Below are positions 11,541-22,921 of a stretch of 60,477 bases of DNA, piece after piece. A program made the position numbers and the translations under genes. Positions within the stretch are counted from its first letter, which is position 1, and every line of letters starts with the position of its first letter. Origin of the DNA: Mustelus asterias (Eukaryota). The notes below the pieces were generated by a model. The model was not told the DNA's origin, did no database searches, and saw nothing but the letters and a program-made list of their open reading frames with translations. The stretch spans positions 186,001 to 246,477 of the forward strand of contig NW_027590590.1 in assembly GCF_964213995.1 (NCBI RefSeq), read 5' to 3'.

Positions 11541-11790
11541 TGCTCTGTAAATATTACAGTGTATTCTAACAATTAATCCAGTTCTCCTTGATTACTGCTC
11601 TGTGACATATCACTGTGTAATCCAACAAGCAATGCAGTTCTCTTATATTTCTGCTCTGTAACATATCATTGTGTATTCCAACAATTAAAGCAGAGTTCTC
11701 CTGCATTACTGCTCTCTATCCTTTAACCGGGTAATTGAATAATTCATCCTGTTCTCTTGGATTGTGGCTCCCCAACATATCCATGTGTTA
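11540..11790. repeat. Diverged ~56-bp tandem repeat (~4.5 units)
   Basis: Recurring TGCTCTGTAACATATCA.TGTGTA.TCCAACAATTAA..CAGTTCTC unit. Confidence 0.65.
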
Positions 11791-12854
11791 TGGAACCCGC
11801 TCCTGAAACAGTGAACACAAAAACACGGTGAGGGATCGCCCTCTGGTGGTGATGTGAGGTAAATGGGAGATCAGTGAATTCTCAGATTACTGAAGGATCT
11901 TGTTGCAGGATTTTGCTGCTGTATTTTTTCTTGTTCTCATGATTCTTGTTATAATATACTTAAATTCAGGTGGACCCATGCACGGAACTAATACGAACTT
12001 CAGTCTGAATCCTCATCAATTAATTGCTTTACCTGTTTTGAGTGTTCCAGGCCTTTCTGTTAAACTATACTCGTGTTACAACATTTGAAACCACAGCAAT
12101 ACTGCTAAGATTCGAACTCTCAATAAAGTTCTCTCCACACATCGAAAGGATGTAAATTTGACTCCAACCTCACATTTATCTGACAGATTGTCGGATTTCA
12201 GTGCACCTGCTTCAAGTTTAAACTTTCCTCAGAGTTGTCATGATGATATTTTGGCTAACATATCAGCTGTCCCCTAATGGGGCTTGGGGAATTTATTGAA
12301 ATAGGAGACTGGGAGAAATTGCATGTTCTAAATTCTGCACGTTGCTGGAAAACGGTTGAGGGAGAGAGGGGCTTTGAGACACAGAGAGAGGAGACAGACA
12401 TTAGCCACCAAAATATTGAGAGTGCAGGATGGACACCGAGGTGAACAGAGAACCAGAGGCGCAGAGAAAGACAGGCAGGGGCAGGTAAAGTTATTGGGCT
12501 ACAACCAATGTTGTTCGGTGGCCAATTCTTGACAACACTGAGAAACAAGCCAATCCTGTCATTGGGTAACGCCTCTTAGTCTCCCAATAAATGAGGACTG
12601 CCCATGATATAAAATTACTTCTTCACATCAGAGTACAAGAGTTGACATAATTTTACAATTCTGCTGATTTTGTGGAATTCTTAAGCTGGAAGCATGTTCT
12701 CCCAATGTTCTTCACTACTTTGTCTAGGAAACAATGACTGAACACAGGGGGTGAATGTGAGAAGCTGAAGTTTCCACTTGAAGACATTCCCAGTGTCTCT
12801 GAGCAGCTGAACTGGGGAAGCCTTTGGGCAGAGACTGTGCTGCTGCTATTGCCC

Positions 12855-13310
12855 TTCCTGGCCACCAGGCGTCGCTGTAACGCTCCCGGGGGGGCTGCTC
12901 CTCCCAGTGTCACCTCTTGCCCACTCCGGCCCGGCCCATGCTCATTGGCGGGACAACAGGGGGGGGGTCAGTCGAGGGGGAAGGGCTGCCTGTGCGCATG
13001 TGCGGGACGGGAATGCTCCCAGAGGTCAGCGCGCGCGGACGCCGCCGCATCGATGCCGTCTCCCCTGGCAACTCAAGATGGTCGCCGCCGTCTCCCTTGG
13101 CAACGGAATATGGCCGCTGGCCGTCTCCCTTGGCAACGCAAAATGGCCGCCGGCGGTGGGTGTCATCGCGGCGCACGCGCAGTGAGGTCTGCCTGCAGCC
13201 ATTGTCCAGATTGCCCCCAGTGGATGGGGTTGGGATTGTGCAGCAGATGGAGCAACAATCCCAGTTTCAATAGGGGGACAGAAGCTGCAATGCTGCCCCC
13301 TGTTGGTCAC
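12855..13310. promoter_or_regulatory. CpG island with housekeeping-type promoter motifs (NRF1, 3x RFX X-box/YY1) and CTCF-like sites
   Basis: CpG-dense. TGCGCATGTGCG ~12993. GTCTCCCYTGGCAAC at 13058, 13090 and 13123, each followed by AANATGG(C/T)CG. CTCF-like sites at 12859-12877 (+) and 13291-13309 (-). Confidence 0.65.
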
Positions 13311-13384
13311 TTCTCCCAGTCTCAGCATTGCAGAGTGTTTAAACAAGAGTGCATTGTCACAGCAGCACCTTGACCTTCAGTTTC

Positions 13385-13590
13385 AGTTTATTTATTAGTC
13401 TCAGAAGTAGGCTTACATTAACACTACAATGAAGTTACTGTGAGAATCCCCTAGTCGCCCACACTCCGGCGCCTGTTCGGGTTACACTGAGGGGGAATTT
13501 AGCACGGCCAATGCACCCTAACCGGCACATCTTTCAGACTGTGGGAGGAAACCGGAGCACCCGGAGGAAACCCACGCAGACACGGGGAGG
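13385..13590 (-). mobile_element. V-SINE, alternative-tail subtype (5' truncated)
   Basis: V domain plus the tail GGAGTGTGGCGACTAGGGGATT..ACTAATAAATAAAC. The same tail occurs at 16424-16720, 23700-23985, 34200-34495, 43030-43330 and 47565-47790. Confidence 0.75.
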
Positions 13591-13807
13591 GGACAGCCCG
13601 GGGGAAAGCTCCATTCCAACTGTCCCTGGAGTGTCAGATTAACCTGGGTCACTCACGCACCCCCCCGGCTAAGACTCACCTCCCTCAGACAGTGAGACCC
13701 TCCTGTATCACTCACCTTACTGTAGTCAGATACCCTCAGACTCAGCACTGGGCCCTGGGCGTGTTCTTTAAATGCTGCGACCTATCGTGGAGGAAAGAAT
13801 TGGGAGG

Positions 13808-14450
13808 ATTTTGATTTGATTTGATTTATTACTGTCGCGTGTATTGGGATACAGTGAAAAGTATTGTTTCTTGTATGCTGTACAGACAAAACATACCGTT
13901 CATAGAGTACATCGGGGAGAAGTAAAAGAGAGGGTGCAGAATGTAGTGTTGCAGTCATAGGTAGGGTGTAGAGAAAGATAAATCTAATATGTAGCAGGTC
14001 CATTCAAAAGTCTGAGGGCAGCGGGGAAGTTCTTGAGTCGGTTGGTACGTGATCTCAGACTTTGTATCTTTTTCCTGACGGAAGAAGGTGGAAGAGAGAA
14101 TGTGTGCATGAGGTCCTTAATTATGCTGGCTGCTTTTCTAAGGCCGCGGGAAGTGTAGACAGAGTCAATGAATGGGAGGCTCGTCTGCGTGATGGACGGG
14201 GCTACATTCACGACCTTTTGTAATTTCTTGCAGTCTTGGACAGAGCAGAAACCAGACCAAGCCGTGATACAGAAAGGATGCTTTCTATGGTGCATCTGTA
14301 GAAGTTGGTGAGAGTCGTAGCTGACATTCCAAATTTCCTCAGCCTCCTGAGAAAGTAGACGTGTTGGTGGGCTTTCTCAATTATAGTGTCGGCATGGGGG
14401 GACCAGGACAGGTTGTTGGTGATCTGGACACCTAGAAACTTGAAGTTGAG
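13808..14450 (-). mobile_element. Rex1/Babar-type LINE 3' fragment
   Basis: FKFLGVQITNNLSW..AHQ..YFLRRLRKFGMS..TIESILS..CITAW motifs and an (ATCAA)n tail. Relatives at 17085-17250, 41940-42130 and 46310-46770. Confidence 0.7.
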
Positions 14451-14464
14451 ACCCAAATGACAAG

Positions 14465-16410
14465 TTGTCATAGTGTCATAGATGTTTACTGCAGGGAAAC
14501 AGGCCCTTTGGCCCAACTTGTCATTTTGACCTTTTTCTTTTAACCCCTAAGCGAGTCCCAATTCCCCACATTTGGCCCATATCCCTCTACATCTATCTTA
14601 CCCATGTAACTGTCTAAATGCTTTTTAAAAGATAAAATTGTGTCCGTCTCTACTACTACCTTTGGCAGCTTGTTCCAGACGCTCATCACTCTCTGTGTGA
14701 AAAGATTGCCCCTCTGGACACTTTTGTATGTCCCCCCTCTCACCTTAAACCCATGCCCTCGAGTTTTAGACTCCCCTACCTTTGGGAAAAGATATTGACT
14801 ATCTATTGTGTGTCAACCATAGAATAGCCACAGAATGAAGGAGGCCATTCAGCCCATTCAGCTGGTGTCGACTCTCTGCTAGAGCAATCGAGCCAGTCCC
14901 ACTGCTCCACCTTGTCCCTGGAGCCCTGCAAATCTTTTCCCATCAGCTTCCCATCCCATTTCCTCTGGAAAGACAGCGAGGAGCAGAGAGGAAAGAGGTA
15001 CTTGGGGAATGGAAAGTTTCATCTGATGTTCTTGTTGGCAGATGCTCTGTGGTGGATAAAGCTGGCAGCCTCCTCCAGAAAGCAGCACAGAGTGAATGGA
15101 AGGGGCAGAATGTGAGTGAGATGAGACACGAGAGAGAGAGAGAGAGAGAGAGGTGAAAGCTTTCTGTTTGTCAGCAAAAAGCACAATGGTGGCCCTGTGT
15201 CCTTCAGGGAGCGGCCCAGGCCTCGCTCAAAGCCTGCCCTGTCCTCACACTCACTGGGAGACGGCCATTTCTAACATGTTGTCCATGCTTCTGAGCTGAC
15301 ACTGAGACAAACACAACAACAGCAGCCACTATCCGGACAAGTCCTCACGGAGAATGAAATGTCCAAAGCCACTTCAAAGGAAGATTGCGCGGCAGGATTT
15401 GTCCCCGAGCTGCGGAGGGAGAGATTTGGATGGATGACCAGAAGCTGGGTCAGTGAGGTTGTGTTTTAGCAATGGAGGTCCAGAGAACAGAAAAGGCCCT
15501 TCGGCCCATTGCATCTGTGCCGGTCAAAGACAAACCACCCAACTTGGCTCACGGCCTGGTAAGCCTTGGCATTGCAAATGCATAGCTAAGCACTTCTTAA
15601 ACGTTCTGAGGGTCTCTGCCTCCACCACCCTTTCAGGCAGAGAGTTCCAGACTCCCACCACCCTCTGGGTGAAAAAGGTTTTCCTCACATCCCCTGTAAA
15701 CCTCCTGCCCCTTACCCTAAATCTATACCCCCTGGTCATTGATCCCACCACCAAGGGGAAAGCTTTCTTCCCGTCTACTCTATCGATGTCCCTCATAATC
15801 TTATCCATCTCCATCATGTTCCCCCTCAGCCTCCTCTGCTCCACGGAAAACAACCCCAGGGTGGAATCTTATCACCGTTCAGGCCGGCAGGATTTTCCCA
15901 TCCCACTGCAGTGAAAGGAGATTTGGCTGGTCACCAGATTCTCCGACCTCGCTGAGCGGGAGTGTGGCGTCAACAGGTGGTAAGATCACACCCTCAGTCT
16001 ATAAAATCTCTCTTCAGTTCGAGTGGCGGCACGGTAGCACAGTGGTTAGCACTGCTGCCTCACAGCGCCAGGGACCCGGGTTCAATTCCGGCCTCGGGTT
16101 ACTGTCTGTGTGGAGTTTGCACATTCTCCCCGTGTCTGCGTGGGTTTCCTCCGGGTGCATTGTCCATGCAAAATTGCCCTGAGGGTCCCACGATGTATAG
16201 GTTAGGGGGATCAGCGGGAAAATACGTGGGGTTACGGGGTAAGCCTGGGTAAGAGTCCGTGCAGATTTGATGGGTTGAATGGCCTCATTCTGGACTGTAG
16301 GGATTCTATGAACTAAAACTCTCCAGGCCAGGCAACATCCTGGTGAATCTCCTCTGCACCTTTTCCAGTGCTATCACATCCCTCCTATCCTGTGCAATCC
16401 ACAACTGCAC
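14465..16410 (-). mobile_element. CR1 3' fragments (14465-14800; 15480-15860 and 16315-16410) with a nested SINE (16024-16310, +)
   Basis: FTQRVVGVWNSLP motifs, interrupted by a SINE. Confidence 0.7.
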
Positions 16411-17754
16411 AATTTATCGATGAGGGGCGGCACAGTGGTTAACACTGCTGCCTCACAGCGCCAGGGACCCGGGTTTGATTCCTGGCTTGGGTCACTGTCA
16501 GTGTGGAGTTTGTACATTCTCCCCGTGTCTGCGTGGGTTTCCACCGGGTGCTGCGGTTTCCTCCCACAGTTCGAAAGACGCGCTGGTTAGGTGTATCAGC
16601 CATGCTAAATTCTCCCCAAGTTGCCCAAACAGGCGCCAGAGCATGGCGACTACGGATTTTCCACAGTAACTTCATTGCAGTGTTAATGTAACCCTACTTG
16701 TGACACTAATAAATAAACTTTTAAACCTGATACTCGATTCCCCCATGTTGGCCTTGTTCTGTGATAATTAATGCGGATGTTTAGATTATTCAATAGTTCT
16801 TTGAGGACAGCAGACACAGGGGAAAAAAAACATGTGGCTCTGTACACAACAGATATATTTCAAGGGGATATTGCAGCCAGCTGTATCTGAGTGGCAGTAA
16901 TCTTCCCTCAGAATTAGACAGATTGTGGGTTCAGCTCAGAGCCTCAAATACTAGGCCCTTAGCATTGATCGGAGCCTCCGCGCACAGCATGATGGGAGAG
17001 CGGACAAAGGAAAGTGGTGTTGAATTTGTGAGCCTTGTTTTGTGGAAAGCTTTAGTGTTTGGTCAGAATGTTAATTTTTGAGTGGACCTACCATACATTA
17101 AGCTGATCTTTCTCTATACCCTATCGGTAACTGCAACACTGTATTCTGCACCCTCTCCTCTCCTTCTCCCGAATGGACTCTATGAACGGTATGTTTTGTC
17201 TGTGTAGCGTGCAAGAAACAAAACTTTTCACCGTGTCCCAATACATGGGATAGGGCTACATGGTGGACAGTGTTTAGCACTGCTGCCTCACAGCACCAGG
17301 AACCCGGGTTCAATTCTCGGTTGGGAGTTGAGTATGCACATTCTCCCTGTGTCTGCGTGGGTTCCCTCCGGGTGCCCCGGTTTCCTTCCACAGTCCAAAG
17401 ATGTGCAGATTAGGTGGAATCTGAGATGCTACAGAAGCAGGGTAAAGATTTGAAAATGAAGTGTTTCTTACCCACTTTTAAAAGACAATCCACATTCGCA
17501 CCAGTCACATTTCACACACTCTGCTCAGTCCTGTGTTGGGGGGGTGTTTAGTGCGGGATCAGTGTCTGCTTTTCTCAAACCGCAGTGATATTCCCAACAA
17601 GGGCAAGAGGTTTCAGTGTTTAAACATGTAAACATTACAAAACTAAACCAGACAGAAAGTGATGAGGCCTCACACCTTCAATGTAGTAATCTTCGCTCAG
17701 AGTCAGAGAGATTGTGGGTTCAGGTCAGAGCCTGAAATACTAGGCCCTTAGCTT

Positions 17755-18480
17755 CGAGACACACAGAGACAGAGAAACACAGAGACAGAGACAGATACAG
17801 AGAAATGCAGAGACAGAGAGACACACACAGATACATAGAGAGATATACACACAGAGGCAGAGAGAGAGACACAGATCCAGAGAAGTACAGAGACAGAGAG
17901 ACACACAGATACAGAGAAATAGAGACAGAGAGAAACAAAGAGAGAGACACAAACACAGAGACAGAGTGAAATATACAAATATACAGAGAGAGACACAGAT
18001 ACAGAGAAATACAGAGACAGATACACAGAGAGATAGAGACACAGAGAGATAGAGACACAAAGAGACACACAGATACACAGAGAGATAGAAACAGAGAGAC
18101 ACACAGACACACAGAGAGATAGAGAGACACACAGATACACAGAGAGATAGAGACAGAGAGACACACAGACAGATAGAGACACAGAGATAGAGACACAGAG
18201 AGACACACAGATACACAGAGAGATAGAAACAGAGAGACACACAGACACACAGAGAGATAGAGACACAGAGAGACAGAGAGACACACAGATACACAGAGAG
18301 ATAGAGACAGCGAGACACACAGATACACAGTGAGATAGAAACAGAGAGACACACAGATACACAGAGAGATAGAGACACAGAGAGACGCACAGATACACAG
18401 AGAGACGCACAGATACACAGAGAGATAGAGACAGAGAGACACACACATAAACACACCAACAGAGAAATACAGAAAGAGAG
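17755..18480. repeat. Compound (GA/CA) microsatellite array
   Basis: ACAGAGAGAC/ACACAGATAC variant units. These produce spurious Cys/Val-rich ORFs. Confidence 0.9.
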
Positions 18481-21242
18481 TTTGGCAAAGTCAGATTTTA
18501 TTTTCCATTCAATATTTATTTACAAATTCAGAGAATATTTGACAGGAAAATTGATTTTAAAGTTAACAAAAGTGAATCTGACCTTTGAGCTTCACAATGA
18601 GATCAGAACCCCCCCGCTCTGAACTGCCCAATATCTGTACAGCTGTACCAGACACCAGAAAGAGAAAACCAGAGCTCAACATCACGGGAAATGAACAATT
18701 GTGAATAAGGAACGAGAAAAGTTATTAATTTATACCTGAGATTTAAACTACAGGAAAACTATGAACTACAATTACAGAACAACAAAAGTTACCGTATACA
18801 TTTCACACTGAAAACTGAACTACCGCCCACAATTGTCTCAGTGACAGATTCAGAATGATAAACTGAGAGAATTTCACTGTTGGAGTCACCGACAGCAGAT
18901 ATTGTATTTGTGTCAATCAGGAATCTTAATAATCAGCTGAGGGAAATCTACACCGTCCAAAATTCAACCCATCACTTGATCTGTAAAAGAAAGATACAAT
19001 AATGAAGCAGATGTTTATGATGCGGGACATTAATGTTAGAGTTTTTAATCAATGAATCATTTAGAGATTTTTCAAATCCCTTCTGTCAGTTTGACAATCC
19101 ACTCTGACACCAGTCACATTTCACACTCTCTGCTCAGTCCTGTGTTGGGGGGGTGTTTAGTGTGGGATCAGTGTTTGCTTTTCTCAAACCACAGTGATAT
19201 TCCCAACAAGGGCAAGAGGTTTCAGTGTTTAAAAATGTAAAGATTTCAGAACAAAACCAGACAGAGAGTGATGAGGCCTCACACCTTCAATGTAGTGATT
19301 CCCCCAATCTTTCCTTTTGTATATTGTTTCCTTCCTCTGTCTGAAGTATTGGAGACGTCGACATCACTGAAACAATACAATCTCTCGGGACAATCACTGT
19401 AAACAGCTTCTGGAAACAAATTAACACTTTAATCACCCAAAAAGCTGAATGTCCATTCAAACACCTCCCTCCCCATATCCTTGTAAATGCAAAGATAACT
19501 CCCATTTCCCCAAAGCAGGAAGATGTGAAATGGAAACATCTTCAGCTTTTTACACACTGCACTTTTCCACGGACCAAAATGTTTCAAAACATTTGCTGAA
19601 GTTTTGTTTTAAACTCTTTATCAATGTCCTTCCAGGTTTAGTGTGAAGGTTTGTGTTCCACACTGAGCCCCTCTCAGTCTCCACACGGAGCTTGTGTGTG
19701 TTGCTGATGCTCCTGTCATTTTGGATGGATACTGTGTGAAGCTGCATTCTCTCCCAGTGAGTTTCTGATCTACTTCACTCTCTCTGCGGCTGGAGCAATG
19801 TCCAGCAGGCAGCAGAGGATGGCAGTGTATCACAGTCAGCACAATATAGACAAACAGCCTTTAGCAAGAGAGGCTTTGACCCTTTTTCAAACCAAATCCC
19901 CAATTTGATGTTTCCAGCTGCGCTGTTTACAATGCTGCTGAATATTGTGTGTCTTTGGTAAACTGGGATGTGTAGCATTCAGTCACATTAAGTGGTCAAT
20001 AAATACGTCCACACTGTGTATATCTTTCTGTGTGTGTGTGTCAGCGTGCATGTGTGTCAATGTATTTAAATCTCAAAGGAAAATAGGAGCAGGTGTAGGC
20101 CATTTGGCCCATCGATCCAGCGCCAGCATTCAAACAGATCATGGTGCACGTACGCACACAAAACACGCACACACCAACACACACAAAACACGCACACACC
20201 AACACACACAAAACACGCACACACCAACACACACAAAACACGCACACACACAAAGCACGCACACACACAAAACACACACACACAAGCACACATAAAACAC
20301 GCACAAAAAGCACACACACAAATCACACACACAAACAATAAACGCACACACACACAAACACACACACACGCATCAAACACACAGTTAGCACTGCTGCCTC
20401 ACAGTGCCAGGGACCCGGGTTCGATTCCCGGCTTGGGTCACTGTCTGTGCGGAGTTTGCACGTTCTCCCCGTGTCTGCGTGGGTTTCCTCCGGGTGCTCC
20501 GGTTTCCACCCACAGTCTGAAAGACGTTCTGGTTCGGGTGCATTGGCCGTGCTAAATTGTCCCTCCGCGTCAGGGAGACGAGCTCGGGTAAATGCATGGG
20601 GTAATGGGGATAGGGCCTGGGTGGGATTGTGGTCGGTGCAGACTCAATGGGCCAAATGGCCTCCTTCTGCACTGCAGGAGTCTAGGATTCTATGAAAACA
20701 CAGAGAAACAGATATTCTCACCCAGTAACACTCAGACGCACACAGTAATAAACACANNNNNNNNNNNNNNNNNNNNNNNNNNNNNNNNNNNNNNNNNNNN
20801 NNNNNNNNNNNNNNNNNNNNNNNNNNNNNNNNNNNNNNNNNNNNNNNNNNNNNNNNNNNNNNNNNNNNNNNNNNNNNNNNNNNNCACAATCGATTTGCGT
20901 CTTGAACATGCTGAATGATTGGGCTTCCACATCCCCCTGGAATAGAAAATTCCAAAGATTCACCACCCTCTGAGTGAAGAAATTCCTCCTCATCTCAGTC
21001 TTCAATGGTCTGCCCCTGATTCTGAGATTGTGTCCCCTGGTTCTAGTCTCACCAGCCAGGGGAAACATCCAATCTACATCCACCCTGTCACACCCTGTAA
21101 GAATTTTAAGTCTGTTTCAATGGGATCGCCTCTCAATCTTCAAGGGTTCAAGGCCGACTTCCGGACTTGATGGCCATGGAAGGTGTGCTCATAACGGGGC
21201 CAAACAGCTGGATTATCAAACAGTAAATCCTGCCGGGATCAT

Positions 21243-22921
21243 GTATCCGTAAACTCTGCCCGAAACCTCTCAGTTATTACAATCTGGGCCTTGTATCAGT
21301 AATCTCTGCCCTAAACCTCTCTCAGTTATTACAATCTGGGCCTTGTATCCGTAAACTCTGCCCGAAACCTCTCTCAGTTATTACAATCTGGGCCTTGTAT
21401 CAGTAAACTCTGCCCGAAACCTCTCTCAGTTATGACAATCTGGGCCTTGTATCAGTAAACTCTGTCCGAAACCTCACTCAGTTATTACAATCTGGGCCTT
21501 GTATCAGTAATCTCTGCCTGAAACCTCTCTCAGTTATTACAATCTGGGCCTGGTATCAGTAAACTCTGCCCGAAACCTCTCTCAGTTATTACAATCTGGG
21601 CCTTGTATCAGTCATCTCTGCCCGAAACCTCTCTCAGTTATTACAATCTGGGCCTTGTATCAGTAAACTCTGCCCGAAACCTCTCTCAGTTATTACAATC
21701 TGGGCCTTGTATCAGTAAACTCTGCCTGAAACTTCTCTCAGTTATTACAATCTGGGCTTTGTATCAGTAATCTCTGCCCTAACCCTCTCTCAGTTATTAC
21801 AATCTGGGTTTTGTATCAGTAAACTTAGCCCGAAACCTCTCTCAGTTATTACAATCTGGGCTTTGTATCAGTAAACTCTGCCCGAAACCTCTCTCAGTTA
21901 TTACAATCTGGGACTTGTATCAGTAATCTCTGCCCTAAACCTCTCTCAGTTATTACAATCTGGGCCTTGTATCAGTAATCTCTGCCCGAAACCTCTCTCA
22001 GTCATTACAATCTGGGCCTTGTCTCAGTAATCTCTGCCATAAACCTCTCTCAGTTATTACAATCTGGGCTTTGTATCAGTAAACTCTGCCCGAAACCTCT
22101 CTCGGTTATTACAATCTGGGCCTTGTATCAGTAATCTCTGCCCGAAACCTCTCTCGGTTATTACAATATGGGCCTTGTATCAGTAATCTCTGCCCTACAA
22201 CTCTCTCAGTTATTACAATCTGGGCCTTGATTCAGTAAACTCTGCCCTAAACCTCTCTCAGTTATTACAATCTGGGCCTTGTATCAGTAAACTCTGCCCT
22301 AAACATCTCTCAGTTATTACAACCTGGGACTTATATCAGTAAACTCTGCCCGAAACCTCTCTCAGTTATTACAATCTGGGCCTGGTATCAGTAATCTCTG
22401 ACCGAAACCTCTCTCAGTTATTACAATCTGGGCGTTGTATCAGTAATCTCTGCCTTAAACCTCTCTCAGTTATTACAATCTGGGACTTGTATCAGTAATC
22501 TCTGCCATAAACCTCTCTCAGTTATTACAATATGGGCACTGTGTCAGTAATCTCTGCCCTACAACTCTCTCAGTTATTACAATCTGGGCCTTGATTCAGC
22601 AAACTTTGCCCTAAACCTCTCTGTTATTACAATCTGGGCCTGGCATCAGTAATCTCTGCCCTAAACCTCTCTCAGTCATTACAATCTGGGCTTTGTATCA
22701 GTAATCTCTGCCCTAAACCACTCTCAGTTATTACAATCTGGGCCTGGTATCAGTAATCTCTGCCCGATACCTCTCTCAGTTATTACAATCTGGGCCTTGA
22801 TTCAGCAAACTCTGCCCTAAACCTCTCTCAGTTATTACAGTCTGGGCCTGGTGTCAGTAATCTCTGCCCTAAACCTCCCTCTGTTATTACAATCTGGGTC
22901 TTGTATCAGTAATCTCTGCCC
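21243..22921. repeat. 52-bp minisatellite, ~32 copies
   Basis: Unit CTGGGCCTTGTATCAGTAAACTCTGCCCGAAACCTCTCTCAGTTATTACAAT; period 52 (e.g. 21284 to 21336). Confidence 0.95.

Noticed and set aside
11807-11825. AACAGTG...ACAAAAACA as an RSS
   Set aside because: Spacing is only ~3 nt and the CAC start is absent.
12837-13373. Overlapping ORFs in the CpG island as a protein-coding gene
   Set aside because: GC-rich stop-poor sequence with a short repeat; no recognisable domain.
16424-16445. CACAGTG heptamers scattered through the right part of the window
   Set aside because: Most are part of the SINE head (GCACAGTGGTTAGC) and lack a correctly spaced nonamer.
17720-18488. Long Cys/Val/Ser-rich ORFs (also ~20041-20380, 32491-33242, 40255-40989)
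   Set aside because: These are translations of CA/GA microsatellites.
18972-18980. IK* mini-exon as an IgH TM2 or TCR constant last exon
   Set aside because: No hydrophobic TM1 exon or C1-domain exon is present in the window.
19268-19344. C/D box snoRNA (GTGATGA...CTGA)
   Set aside because: No terminal stem outside the boxes, no recognisable guide, and the boxes are not kept in most paralogous copies.
21243-22921. CRISPR array
   Set aside because: The repeats are contiguous with no unique spacers, and the context is vertebrate.
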